Positions 1-13,304 of a stretch of 64,000 nucleotides of DNA are shown here, piece after piece. The stretch is from Massalongia carnosa. Taxonomy: Eukaryota. The stretch's first letter is position 1; each line of letters opens with the position of its first letter. Where the stretch lies: NCBI GenBank assembly GCA_965645245.1, contig OZ287082.1, positions 1,054,001 through 1,118,000 on the forward strand, given 5' to 3'. A model generated the notes under the pieces. The model did no database searches. It saw only the letters and a program-made list of their open reading frames with translations, and had not been told where the DNA came from. Made by a program: the position numbers and the translations under genes.

Positions 1-203
1 GATCGTCTGACTTGATTTTGAGATACAACATCATCTCACATTGCATTATCACAGATTTCAGCCTCTACTTATCCACATCATGGAAGAAAATGTATATTCC
101 TCATAATATCTTCATCTAAAGCTTTTAACTTACCTTTTTTTAGTCGATCCCGATCACGCCTAGAAAAACGAGGAGAGCGGTAAAGAAGGATATAGATAAA
201 AAG

Positions 204-3200
204 ATGACAAATGAGAACTTGGCCACTCATGCCAAGTTTTTCAAGAATGAACCAAAGACTTATTTAGGATACAGCGATGTCGCCGAATATAGGAAGTTTC
301 GGTTCAGTAGTGTTGTACTGGAATGGTATATTCCATATTATCAAAACTGCCAACAGAGAAGTGTCAAAACTCCTCTGGCGCTTCTTCGAGATCTTCCTGA
401 CCTGTCAGATGCTTTTCCAGCTGACTTAGGTCAGCTTCTTTCAAAATATCCTATTACAGATCAGGATGACAGGGCCAACAGGCGTCAAAACAATGATAGC
501 AGGGACTATCTATATGCCGCCATACTTTTTCGACTCGCAGAAGCCATTGATGAGGTTTCGTCTACTAGATTTTATGAAGTTGAAAGACACAGAGCGGCTT
601 CAAATCGATTTGAAAAAATTATAAGTTTGAACATACCAAATATCAAGATTCCCGCGTTCAACGACACTGTCATACAACTGGGTCCCTTGCAAAATTTCAA
701 AGAAGACGAGTTAGAAAGGTATAGCCGAACCAACTCAATTTTGAAGTCTCTGCAATGTGTCCTCGCGCCAACAAAGTGGAGGGAAACATTCGTCAATGCA
801 AAAAGTTCACCATACGCATCCACTTTGATCTCTGCTGACATGATACCCTCTTGGATGCGGCCTGAGGAGCCGCAAGATGATCTTTCTATTACTATTGCTT
901 CTGTCGAGCCAACCGAATTGATACGAAAATCCTTCATATTGTATCTGAATCGTCAGCAGAAGACCAAATTCAGTTCAAAGCTTGACAAGCATTTTCAAGA
1001 GTTTATCGTGTTCAATGGTTTACGCCTTCCCGAGAGCAATGTGCAAGTAGAGCGAGATCCACGTGCATATCCAACGGGTGAGATGTGGCGAGATACTCTG
1101 CGCCGACAGCTTCACTTTGAACAGCTTCGTGTAGACTTCTTGAAAATGAGTCTTACTGTAAGAAATACAGTCATACCGATACGAGAGTTGTTGATCTACG
1201 ACCTAAATCACCCCTCTACTGCAGCCTCCTGGTCGGAGGTCCAGGAATTTCTTGCCAAAAAGGATGTGGACGAGTTCATATTCTCTTATACTCTGCATGT
1301 CATTGAGGAACATGAAGACTTTGACTATGAGCATGACGGACCACTCTTGGCAATTCTGAAAGACATTCAGGTGACGGAAGACAACGATGTAGCTGTGAGA
1401 TCTGTGATCGATCCAGTGAGCACTCGATCTATTGATGAAGCTTTCGAGAAGATGTCACAAACTTCACAAGCGCTCGAGGACACTATGCCAATGCAAAATG
1501 ACACGGAAAACATGGACCCTAGCTTAATGGAAGGATCCTATTCGCCGTCTTTGCACAATAAACTGCGGCAATTTTTGTCTGATGGATCCACGATTACTCG
1601 AAAAAAATCCATTCCGCAGTCATATTTTGACTCAACGCAACGCTCGGAAATGCTTCTATATCATGAAAACTTTGATGTTTTTACCGAAGAAGGTCTGCTA
1701 CGCTGGCAACATCATGTACTGGACAAAGTCTGCGGTCAGATGCCGAAGGCTTTGAAGGAGAATAGTATCTTGAAGCTTAATAAAAAGGTGCGAGAAGAGC
1801 TACAACAAGCTCAAACTGATAGCGAGACTGCGCTTCTCTTAGCTGAGGTATTTATTCAATCTCATATCAGTTTGAAGTTGTCTCTAACATGTCTTGAAAA
1901 GCCCGATTCCGTTCATGATCTCAAACGATATTTCGACATTCAAAACGCCTTTACAGGCAGCGCATCACAGACCGGTCCACCTATTGCTATCTGCAAGATA
2001 ATACTCGGCATGAAGTTCATTTCGAAGCACGGTCAAGCACAGCTGCTTGACAGAAGTGTTTGTACCCTCATCGGAGACTGCAAAGTCTCCTTTCTTGACA
2101 GTCAGATAAATGGAGCAGTTTTCATGCTACAGCGATCATGTGGGAGAATACCTATCGACTCGGAACGCGTCAATGATCCCGAACTGGCCAAGGCAGCAAA
2201 AAAACTAGAGAGTATTCAAACATTTGGTGGAATAGTTGTTGACACAATGGGGTTTGGAAAAACCTATACAGCATTACTTTTTCTGGCGTATTACGCGCGA
2301 TGCATGACAGAGAGAGACGTGAACATCATAGCTGCGCATCGACCGGCACTCTGCATTGCTCCGAGTGGAATTGTCTTGCATCAATGGCAAGAAGAAATTA
2401 TACAGTTCCCAACCCTTACACTAATAATCGCACATGGAGACAGACCCATTAACGCTAAATTTGCTATCAATTGGGTTTCAGCAACAGCAATGCATGAAGC
2501 TCCCAGAAAGCTGACGAATTGGCCTCCTCATTTGCGGTACATTTTTTATCAAAGCAATCCAACCGCTTCACAGGTCGTAATACTTTCGTCTTACGATACT
2601 TTTGCGAGCCGAACTCTTTCTGTACATACGAAATTGAGCAAAAGTGGAAGAGAAAAGAAAACCTTTAATTCTAAATGGACAGGAGTATTTGGACCAGTTC
2701 TTTTAGACGAGGGCCACAAATTGCGACATCCTGGCACCAAGATCTTTGCCAGTATCAAGCAGCTCGAGGCTGAGGTACACTGGTTTTTGACCGCTACACC
2801 CGTCATCAACGATTCATTGGTAATGTTTTCATATTGATATGAAAAGGGCTGATGATCTCTAACGAGTCTGTTAGGACAAACTCGGACCTTTATTAATCTT
2901 ATGGCCACGGGTAAAACAAGACATATTGATGAATCCGACTTCGAGTGAATGGCTGATGCAGCACGCGGCGGAGTCCTATCATAGCTTTGAAGCGATTCAG
3001 TCGTTGTCCGAAACGGATTCTAAACGACGTATCGTCATGGATCCTAAGAGGCATGCACAATCGAATCTCAACCTCTTTTTCGTCAATTATTAACTGTCAT
3101 ACAGAATCGAAGCTTTGTTGCTCACTCAAGATGTGCAGCTTATTGCAAAACATTATCACTACATGGACGAGCTGATAATGATTCGCCGCTCCACTGCCTC

Positions 3201-5142
3201 CATCCTGAAGATCAATGATCATGAAACTGTTTCTATGCGCTCCATGATCCCAAGCCACGAAGTTAGAACCGTTGAGCTCACTTATCAAGAAGAAGAAGCA
3301 GCGGAGTCCCAATGGGTACATAGAGCTCACGCTCGGTTAGCTTATTCTTCATATCGATATGAATCTGAGAAGCAAATAAAAGCTAATGTATGGATGCAGG
3401 GAATTTGTTCAAGCCATAAAAGATTGGAAGGGCAAGAAGACGGAGAAGCCACAAATTACAGCTATCAAGAAAGCTGGAGCCGATAATTTTCCACACATCA
3501 TAGCACCATTACGACATTTAACTCTCGCCAGTGCCTCCCTTCTTCTCAGTAGACTCGACCGCATGCTCCGAAAAATAGGCCACAACACCTTGATCAACGA
3601 TATCAACCGATTTCGAGCAAAAGGCGTGACTGCTCATCATATCATTAATCTTGTGAAACGAGAAGGAGACTCTGATGTTACTACTGGTTCGGAAAAACTC
3701 AAATTTCTGACCTACGGTTCTCCCACCATGAAGTCCATACTATATCAAATTCATACTTATGTATTACCTCATATCGTTACGGACAAGCCACGGAAGCTAT
3801 TGATTACAGAAGATGTACCACTCAAGGCCTTTTTCTGGGATAGCGTGTATAATTTTACATACGTGGAGACCGAAGTGTTACACGCTGGATTGACGGATTT
3901 AGAGCGCGTGAATCTTGTTAAAAGATTCAGTGATCCTAAAGATTCCTTACTGATTTTGATAATAATGTATCAGGTGTCGGCACAAGGAGTAAATCTGGAT
4001 AGATGTTGTTGTCGGGTTTTAGTGGCAACGCCAGCAGTCAATGCACCGTCAGAAATTCAAGCTTGGTCTCGAGTAATCCGGGTATGTTATCTGAAAAGAG
4101 CGTGACCTTTCTTCGTACCGATACGAAAGTCTAATCGTTGCATTTTCATGCAGGTTTCTCAAACCGAACCCGTGTTGGTTGTTCGAGTTGTAACAAAGAA
4201 TTCTCATGATCAATATCGAGACTCCAAGCAAACAGACAAGGCCATGGTGGACTTAGCCACTCGATCCTTCTCGTCAGAGGTGCAGAACCTACTAGTTGAC
4301 TTGTTAAATGAGTCAAACAAATACGTAAAAGAGGCACACGAGAGTCAGAGAGGACACGAGATTCTGAAGGAAAAGAATTTTCTTCCCACAGAGGATTCAA
4401 ATAACTCGATGAATGTCGAGTTTGACGAGGAGACCGGCGGTAGATTAGCTATCACGGTGCAAGATCCATTGGATCTTGATCTCGATACAGTCACGAATCC
4501 TACACCCCGAAAAAGTCTGAGACCTGACAGATTCGCGGATACAATGCTGCAAGATGATGTTTATCAAGAGTATGGTCAAGGTAAGCGCCGTAAGTTGAAG
4601 GGCAAAGCATGCATGAATGAAGATGTGGACGAAGATTTTCAGCTCAGTTTGAGGAAGACTCGTCATTTAAGGATAGTGAGAACGAAGAGGAGAACGATGA
4701 CGAGGAATCCGAGGTGACATCGGATGATAGTGATGATGCTTTTCAAAGTGATGGAGACGGAGATGAGATAACTGCCTTGAAAGATACTGTTTTGGAGACG
4801 ACAACGACCAAGAAGTTGAGACAAAATTACAGCAAACTAACTTCCATCGAGCAGGAGCAATACAATCAAGATGAAATGAACCTACGATACTTGTTGAGCT
4901 TGTCACCGACAAGAATCTACACTGTCGAGGACTTGGACGACATCGAAGTACTTGATCGAGCGTTGAGGCTGCTCTTTCATGCTCGATTCGGTCAAGATCA
5001 GCAATATATGAGGATTAGTCCTCACGTCACTTACGATAAATTACCAAGCAAAGTGTCGAATGCCATCAAAGCTAAATTACGGGTGGAGGAACAAAATGTC
5101 AAGCAATGTTTGAGCATACTCAATGCTGCTGGAGTTTTGTAA
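204..5142 (+). CDS. Divergent SNF2-family helicase/ATPase-like protein, multi-exon, with an apparent frameshift near 4650
   Basis: Walker A DTMGFGKT, Walker B LLDEGH, motif III LTATP, and C-terminal QVSAQGVNL and QAWSRVIRV. Clear intron 2820-2874 (GTAATG...CTAAC...TTAG) and likely introns near 3050-3104, 3335-3399 and 4082-4153. The acidic tail changes frame near 4650. Confidence 0.7.
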
Positions 5143-6210
5143 GAGTTCTTCCCATTCTGCTGACGATGATGATGCAACTACAGCTAACAGACGATAGAGA
5201 ACCTAGAGTCATGCAAAGCAGGCTTTATTGGAGAAGGCCGTTTCCGAGAAGGACGCCTCCGAGAAGGACGCCCCCGAGAAGGCAGTCTTAGAAGTCTCCT
5301 CTGGAATCTCCTCAGGCGAGAAGGGTTTGTTAGGTCAGAACAGCTGAGTTTTGCTGACACTCTCCATCATAAATTTAGTGATTGATCTCTCGCATTCAAA
5401 CTTGTATGAAAGGACCGAGACTAATTTATTTGTTGCGTTAGGCTACCCTATCTTCTACATAGGCACTTGGTACGTTATGTTCTCTGTGCATATTGCAATT
5501 CAAGCTAACAGTCTTATTCTTCAGATCCTCAAGGCACGTCTCTTGTCTGCCTTGTTTCATCAGTTTCATACATGTTGTGAGAGGAGGTACGGGAAGGACT
5601 CGATGGAGTGATTCAAGACTAGATCGTGCGAGACAGCAACGAGAACGAGAAACATAGCATGAGGATGATAGCATTCATAGAGCTGTAGATTAGAAGCTGT
5701 CACTAAATCAATAACTTGTTTCTCTAACCATCAACTGGGCGAATACATCATGTGAACCCGAATACAACTCAGCTGTAACGAGGTTGCATGAACGTGATAT
5801 CTCTTTTATAAGATTGTTTTCTAATCGTTTTATCCGGAACACGATCTTGAAGGTCTTGAGATCTTGCCAAAACTGAGACAATCTCCAAATCATTGCCAGA
5901 TGCTTTTTTACTGCAAGTACTGTTCATACCAATATGAATGTTCACTAAGATATATCCTTTTCAAGACTATAATATTTTCAAAATGATTTCAGACTCTATA
6001 TTATCCGCAGATATTTCTCATCAGACACAAGCAGAATTTTAAGCTATCTTACACGTGCAGGACAATGTTGAGTCATCTCAATCAGGAAAGCGCTCAAAAA
6101 AACATTCAAACCGGGAACCTGCCGGTGTACCCATTTTAGCGAAGACATGTCCGGGATCTTGAGACCATTCCATGACCATGTCCGAAAACCCCCAACCGCC
6201 CTTAAGGTAG

Positions 6211-7537
6211 CACGCGGGTGACAAAATAAATTGCAACGTGTAAGCGAATTTACCCCCCCTTTTTATTCAAATTTTCATCTCATCATCAACCATCATCTGC
6301 ATAGCTGATAAAATTCATCCAAATTACATGAGATTAATAACCAGTCATCGCCCCCTTTGCATCTTTTACCTCTTTCAATCTTTTGGGCATGGATAACACC
6401 CTTTCATTGATAAATTCCTGACTGACTCGAGCCCATCCCTCCCTAATCAGCTGCTCCAAACTTGCATCGTCCCAATGAGGAAATTTACGAACATGCTGCT
6501 TTGCGGGCTGCCAGCAATTTTCAATGGAGGCTAGATCAGGAGATGAAGCACAATTGAAATAGTGCTCTAAATCGTGATCTAACTTCCACTTTTTGACCGC
6601 GTTTCGTGTCTTGCCCGTGCCATGACCAGAGTCTCCCATCTTCTTCAAGTACGAAGTCATCTCCACGCTCCAACCAGGGCTTGACAACGGGATCAAGAAT
6701 AGCGTCAATATACACCTGATGAGTCATTTTTCCATTGCTATTGCTGGGCACATCGTAGAAGTAGATATCCGACTTGAAATTGTAACCAACTGCTGCCCAG
6801 CAGTGCTTTCTTTTACGATCTTTCTCAGGTGGTGTATCACGATGCTGAATACAATCCCAACGATATCTTGTTCCGGGCTTACGAATGATTCGTAACTGTC
6901 CTTCAGGCCTGTAGCCAAAATGAATCTCATCGCTGAATCGTACGCGATGCCAGTCTTCGGACCGAGGATATTTATTTAACATAACTGTAGCAAATTCTTC
7001 TCTTCTTTCTTCTGATGCCATTGCCAGCCACCCTTTGACACAGGCTAGACATTTGTGATAATTCAAGGCAGCTGTAAGAGTTCTCTTCATTGTACGTCCC
7101 ATCACGTCGGCCCCAATCTCCTGTGCTAAAGCATCCCATGTGTAGCGTTTTCCTTCCAATTGTAGATCTTGATCCTGCAGAATGTGATCTGCCTCCTTCG
7201 GCTGATCATCACTAATCTTTCGCTTTCGACCCCGAGTCTCAACGAGAGAAGAATTGTGACGTGTGCGAGAAGAAGCTCCGCTTTTGATGATGTTATAGCC
7301 CGCGCGCTCGGCCACGCCAAATTCCTGAAAAATGGCCCGTGGATCGAATGGAATTGCATGTGAGATGAGAAATTGATAAGCTCCTTGAACTTTGGCCTTT
7401 GTGGGAGTATCATAATGAGGCTTTTTGGGTCGAGACATTGATGATGAGATAAAAAGTTGAAAAAAAGGAGTGTGTTTTGATGGGGCATTCAGGGGTAAAT
7501 TCGCTTACACGTTGCAATTTATTTTGTCACCCGCGTG
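6211..7537 (-). mobile_element. IS630/Tc1/mariner-type DNA transposon (DD37E-like) with 5-bp TSD
   Basis: TIRs of about 46 bp (CACGCGGGTGACAAAATAAATTGCAACGTGTAAGCGAATTTACCCC), flanked on both sides by GGTAG (6206-6210, 7538-7542). Confidence 0.92.
6334..7438 (-). pseudogene. Transposase with a 1-nt frameshift near 6640
   Basis: FSDEIHF, LEEDG/DSGHG and SPDLASIENCW motifs are split over ORFs 6536-7438 and 6334-6708. Homologous to the intact ORF at 42204-43289. Confidence 0.88.
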
Positions 7538-8502
7538 GGTAGTAAGATGAAAAAAGAAAGCTATGTACAGATCGCCGGTTAATAAACACTCATACCCGTG
7601 CTAAACCTAATGCAGGTTTTCATCACCGTCGTTGAACTGCTCATACCACGAGTGTTGATAATGTCATTAGTTACAGGCAGTGCTAGATCCGTTTTCGGTT
7701 AGATAAGGTGAATAGCACTATGGTCGAATCGTTCGAAATGCGAGTTTTTGTTTTACTTTGAAAAAGAACGAAGTCTTGTGTTTTATGTGTGAATGAAGAA
7801 CAATAAAGATTTCTACAATTCATAATGAAGCACATTATCACTTTATCATTTACTCCTGTCCCACAAACCAACTCCTCTTCACTCCCATTCTCTCCCTGCT
7901 TCTCCCCCGCTTCGACGTCGCCTGCCTCTCCCTCACAATCGCAACCCTCTTATTTCTCTCTACCGCTAGCACTTTATTTCTCTCTCGTTTTCGCCTCCCT
8001 CACCTTCTGCAAATACGCCGCGTAGATCACCGACGCCACAATCCCGAGTATGGTCCGTAAGAAGTGGGACAGCAGGATGCGTGGGCCGTCGTTGATGCGG
8101 ATGCGGATGCGGATGAGGAAGATAAGGCGCTCACTAACACAAAAGACGGCAAAAGACTGCAGAAAAGGATCGATAGAATGATGTTGAGAACGAGGAAGAA
8201 GTCGATGTCGTCGTCGTCGTCGTCTGAAGAGAAGCCTGAGGTTGGGACAAGATTCGAGTCATGCGATGAGATTTTGAATGCGCTGTTGTTGACAATGAGA
8301 AGAAGCGCGCAATATTCACCGTTTGACTTTCAGAGCTAGAGATAAAATTGGCTGACATCGGTCTCGTTTAATTTTTAAAGTTTTGATATATTTTCCAAAA
8401 AAATCTTCATTACAATAGGGGTTTTCACGGTTGATTTTCAAATTTCAGGTTTTCAGGGTTTTATTTTTCAGGTTATCAGGGTTTGGCGTTTAGGCATGAG
8501 TG

Positions 8503-8997
8503 TATAAGAGGGACAGTAGACTCTAGTCCTTATGGGTTATAATGCTCAGTGTGACTGCTAATAGATTGGTAGGTGCTAAAGCTAAAAGCTGATTCCCTGA
8601 AGATGGGAATCGAGCTTTCTATATACCCCTTGGGGTCCTATTTACTAACTACTTGTCTGGTTACCTGTCTGCCTTGTTGCCTTCAGCTGAGGCTAGTAGA
8701 TAGCCTTGCTGCCTTCAGCTGAGGTCTAGCAGATAACCTTGTTGCCTTCAGCTGAGGTCTAGCAGATAGCCTTGTTGCCTTCAGCTGAGGTCTCCTAGGC
8801 GTCCCAGGCCTCCCATGAGATCGAGGCTTATCTGAATAGCTTCAGTTGCTGCCTAACAAACTGGTAAGGCTGATTGCTGATGGCTTAGTATTGCTATCCG
8901 CCTTATCATGACTAAGCATCCGGATTATCAGTCACCCGGTCTTCTTGGGTGAGTCATCCCAGGAGCTAGCGCAGTCCTGTATTGCCGCGCTATTACA
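8503..8997. mobile_element. Solo LTR with an internal ~33-bp tandem repeat
   Basis: Flanked by GAGTG (8498-8502, 8998-9002); ends TATAAG...TTACA (TG probably mutated to TA); about 4 copies of GCCTTGTTGCCTTCAGCTGAGGTCTAGCAGATA. Confidence 0.75.
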
Positions 8998-10207
8998 GAG
9001 TGCCCCGAAATTATTAGAAAATTTTAATTCTAATGCTTAGTCATTCAATCAGATGTTACCAACCTATTTTCTAACTTCTCATCTTCGATCGAGGGGACAT
9101 TCTTGTCATTTTAAATAGTTATGCCTCGTGTCAGCTGCAAAGTGCAGTTGGAAAGAGATTTGCGTTGTCTTTACTTTCTACATGATGCTACTGCATCATC
9201 ATCGGATGAATCGGATGAAGCATTGAATTTCCTACTTCTAGCAGAAGGAATTCAAGAACAGCGTTATTTAACTCCCCGATTATTCGTTCCCAAATCCAAT
9301 TGGGCGTCAGCTGTCCTTCCCAACCTTTCGGATGATCGATTCCGAAGTCTGCTACGCATGAATCGCTTTTCCTTTGATCATGTTCTCGGCTTAATTCGAA
9401 ATGATCCCGTCTTTTTCAATAAATCTCGTGTCCCTCAAGCCTCCGTGGAACATCTGCTAAAATACGCTCTTTTTAGAATGGGACATGACGGTAGTGTGAT
9501 AGGGTGAATAGGGACAAGGGCAGGTGCTGAGGGGAAGGGGGGGGATTGGTGTGGACGGAGCGGAGGGGAGGTTTTTCCGGGGCTGAGGCGCCCATTTTTC
9601 TATAGATAGGGGAAGTTTCACCCTCTAGACAGACAGACAATCAACATTTTTCTTTCCTTCAGAGTCAGTATTCGTGTCCGAGTGAAAGTGTCAGAGTGGC
9701 CGAGTCGTCACCGCCAACGTTCTGTTTGTTGTTTTCACGTGTGTTCCTTGTTTGCTTTCTGCCGGTCTTCTCTCCTTGAGGTCATCACGTATGCACCACC
9801 CACGACTACCCCTCTTCAATGGCGACCACGGTGCGATGACCTTTTGAGGCTATTCGGTAGAAGCAAGAGTCCAGAGAGATCAACGAGTGCAGATTCGAAC
9901 GAAAAGAGAGTGGGAACGCGTTTGACCCTGAAAAAGCCAAGAGTTCAAAAGGGGCGGGGCACGGATCGTGAACTAACCTTTAGAGTGTTTCTTATTTCTT
10001 TGTTTGATAGTGGGATCGAGTTCGACCTTGATGTTCTAGACCGAAGGCGGTGACCAATTGGAAGTCTAAGAAGCAATCCGCGGGACGACGTAAGCCATAC
10101 TTTACCCTTTTTGGAAGCATCGTCGGGTTTTAGCGAGTGGCGAATCCCGAAAAACCTCAATACTGGTGGCAGCGGCCTGTGCGACGGCGCGTCTCGACTA
10201 ACGAAAA

Positions 10208-13084
10208 ATGGTTACTATTTCGCTACAAGTTCCCGATTCCATGCTGTTATGGCTCGGCAAAAAATATCTCCAAGAGGTCCGAGACATGGAGCCATTGTTC
10301 CGAGAGTACTATAAGACTGAGCCTTTCGGCCGCGTAAAGAAGGGAGGCGACAAAAAGACAGAGAAAAATCAGAGAGTGAGCAGAAAAGAAAATTCGAAAA
10401 AAGTTCATCGTTCTGTTATTAGAAAATCGAGATCCCGAAATTTTCCTTGTGTTTCTTACCCCCCCAGTTTAGTGCCTCATTCCTTGGAGCAATTTGGTAC
10501 AGTATACGACAAGTCTTACAGTGAGCTGATCATGTCCAATAGTGACCCTTTTAGCCTGCGACCGGAGACACTCGAACAAAAATCCGAAGACTCTACTCCT
10601 GACGCCTCCATACGTTCAGAAAAAGCTCCTGCCGGTGAGCCTGTGTACCAACCGACGGCGGAATTGCCACCACCTCCTGCTATAGGACCGTTCCCGATGG
10701 ACCCGCGTTTTTATATGGCCTTACCTCACCCTGGTTCCCCTGGAACGCCCTTTTTCACGGGAGGAAATGTCACCGATTTCCTGGATCGCTATCTACTTAT
10801 GTGTCGCGACTACCGACTCGCCGAAGATCAAATTATTCCACGTTTGCCCTGGTACTGTGAGAACCTGATAGGCCAGAACGTCAAGTCTATGATCGAGTTT
10901 ACCTCTGGTGATTGGGACAGCCTAGCCAAGGCAATGCGCAAGGAATACCGTCATAATGACACCTCGCAACAAGTCAACTCTCGAGCTTTTCTGGAAGCAC
11001 TAAAGAATAATCCTCGCATGGAGGAGGATGACATACCGCTATATTGTCGTCGTTTTGTGGCTATTTGCAGGCAGCTTCCTGGCGGCCAAAGGCTTGACAA
11101 TTTCACTCAATGTTCATGGTTTGTTCAAGGTTTACCGGAGAAATTATGTTCGGAGCTATTCATGCGATATGATATTGACCTAGAAGGCGACGAACCCCTG
11201 ATGCTCGATACTTTGGTCCAGTACACTATAACTCTGGCTACCTCAAGTCAGCGCCTGAGAGATCTAGTACGAGGAGATAAGGAACAAGATAAGATTAGTG
11301 CCTTGGTGGATGATTATGGACGGGCAGCGAGCAAGCAAAAAGCCTCTCCTCCTAGTTCTTCTCTTACACAAGCGCCTATAGCCCCTCCGGTGATAGATAC
11401 CAGGGCTATTATGAATAGCGCTATCGAGGAAATTACCCACGGTGTTAAAGATATGATGTTGTCCACTGTGACTGCGGTGACCTCTAACATACAGAGCAAT
11501 GTGATGCAAGCGCCCCTACCGGGCCCACGACCTTACCGACCGTATCAGCCTCCTCCACTTCAGCAAAATTTCCAATCTGCCCCTACTGTAGTGCCAGAAC
11601 AAACGACGTCGCAGCCTAGAAATGCACAGCCATCTTCTTCTCTGATCCCTCCCCAGGCACAAACGAACTCTGCTGGTGGCAATTACTCATCTTCGAACCC
11701 TCAACGTTGCAACTATTGTTGGTCTACTGATCATAGAGGCCGCTGGCAGTGCTCTGATTATAGGGCTGACCTCTCCAGCAATCGTATACATTTAAACTTC
11801 GAGAGTCGGATATGTGTAGGACCTCCGAACCCAAGCGCACGTCCCGTACAGATGAGGCTGGACCGTTCTCAAAGACAGTGTGTGGCAGAGTCCGAACGGC
11901 TTCGCTATTCTGCCCCTGCGGCCACGGTTGAAGCTAATACGGTGCGTGTTGGAGAGCTCGAACCTGATGAGTTGTCTAGTGAAGATGAGAGTTGGGACGA
12001 CAAAGATTTTGGCCTTTGCATTGTGGAACATCGCACGGATAGTACCAAGGAGGCAATAGTAAACGCCGCCCGAGTCAATGAGAAGCCGAAGAGTACCGCC
12101 AATTTTCATGAGCCAGTTCGCCGGATATTGAAACGAAAAGTTGAGAAAGAGGAAAAGCTTCCTACTCCAAAGAATACGAGATTTGGTAGTTGGCAGCAAG
12201 TGACTGTGGAAGATGCGACAGAAGATACTGACATGGAAGAAGTTGAGCAGTTTGTGACTTATCCAAATGGAACACCGGAGGTTTCTTCTACGAAGAAAAA
12301 CGTGACTTTTGCGGACAATAAGAAGAAAGCTATAGCCGATAAGAAGGAGACTTCGTCTGAGCCTAAAGTAGTGGAAATTGATGAGGCCAAGGAGAAGTCT
12401 CCTCGCGCTCTCCGTTTGCCAGAGCTGACAAAAATCGACATGGATGATGAAACACTCATGAAAAAGGTGAATCAAATACCGATAACCATGCCCTTGTCCG
12501 AGTTATGGTCCATATCCCCTCGGGTGCGAGAGCTCTTTTCCAAGCCTATAAAGCATCCTAAACCTCCGACCGCGCATGTTAGTTCACTGGGCGTTAGCGA
12601 TGAAGCGATGATGGGTAGCGGACAGATTCCGAAGCTTTTGTATTCCTTATCCACTCCTAAGGCTCCTGTTCGATTAGAAGGCTTTCTCAAAAGTGTAGCT
12701 CTTCTAGATTCTGGCGCGGAAGTCAATGTGATGACCTCTAAGCTTATGCATCAAGCTGGACTATCCTGGAGACCGGCTCCTCACTTGGGTTTGGTTTCTC
12801 ACACCGGGCACCGAAAACACTTCGATGGAGTATGCGAGAATGTTGAGATAAACATTGGGGGTCTAAAGAGTTTTCAACAGGTGTTTGTAGTGGACTCCGC
12901 GGATCATCAACTGGTCCTGGGTGCGCCTTTCTTGTTTATGGTGGAGCTGCAATATGAGTACCGTCCTCAGGGAGCTTTTGCGGTCATCAAGAACTGTACT
13001 GGTCATAAGTCCGTCGTGTTCCGAGCTATTGATTATCAAGACGAAGGCAACCGGCAGGAGGAGGACATTTTTCCTTTAAACTAG
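10208..13084 (+). CDS. Gag plus aspartic protease
   Basis: 958-aa ORF with a CNYCWSTDH...C knuckle and LLDSGAE protease motif; ends in a TTTAAAC slippery heptamer. Confidence 0.9.
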   Translation: MVTISLQVPDSMLLWLGKKYLQEVRDMEPLFREYYKTEPFGRVKKGGDKKTEKNQRVSRKENSKKVHRSVIRKSRSRNFPCVSYPPSLVPHSLEQFGTVYDKSYSELIMSNSDPFSLRPETLEQKSEDSTPDASIRSEKAPAGEPVYQPTAELPPPPAIGPFPMDPRFYMALPHPGSPGTPFFTGGNVTDFLDRYLLMCRDYRLAEDQIIPRLPWYCENLIGQNVKSMIEFTSGDWDSLAKAMRKEYRHNDTSQQVNSRAFLEALKNNPRMEEDDIPLYCRRFVAICRQLPGGQRLDNFTQCSWFVQGLPEKLCSELFMRYDIDLEGDEPLMLDTLVQYTITLATSSQRLRDLVRGDKEQDKISALVDDYGRAASKQKASPPSSSLTQAPIAPPVIDTRAIMNSAIEEITHGVKDMMLSTVTAVTSNIQSNVMQAPLPGPRPYRPYQPPPLQQNFQSAPTVVPEQTTSQPRNAQPSSSLIPPQAQTNSAGGNYSSSNPQRCNYCWSTDHRGRWQCSDYRADLSSNRIHLNFESRICVGPPNPSARPVQMRLDRSQRQCVAESERLRYSAPAATVEANTVRVGELEPDELSSEDESWDDKDFGLCIVEHRTDSTKEAIVNAARVNEKPKSTANFHEPVRRILKRKVEKEEKLPTPKNTRFGSWQQVTVEDATEDTDMEEVEQFVTYPNGTPEVSSTKKNVTFADNKKKAIADKKETSSEPKVVEIDEAKEKSPRALRLPELTKIDMDDETLMKKVNQIPITMPLSELWSISPRVRELFSKPIKHPKPPTAHVSSLGVSDEAMMGSGQIPKLLYSLSTPKAPVRLEGFLKSVALLDSGAEVNVMTSKLMHQAGLSWRPAPHLGLVSHTGHRKHFDGVCENVEINIGGLKSFQQVFVVDSADHQLVLGAPFLFMVELQYEYRPQGAFAVIKNCTGHKSVVFRAIDYQDEGNRQEEDIFPLN

Positions 13085-13304
13085 AATACAGGCGAGCTGT
13101 CGGGGGTTTGTCTGCGGCGTGGAGTTCGAATAGCCCGAGGAAGAAAGAAAAGCGCGCTAGTCCCATGCGTCACTTAATCTTGGATTAAATAACCGATTAG
13201 GCCTAGTGCACCGTTCTGACGCTAAATCCAAAGTAGCTGCAGCTTGCATACTTAGCGGCAGGCTTAGGGTTGGAACATCCACTAGTCCGCATTGGGAGTT
13301 TGTA

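Noticed and set aside
8050..8358. Short low-complexity ORF (QDAWAVV..., faintly Copia gag-like)
   Set aside because: Too short and degenerate to call.
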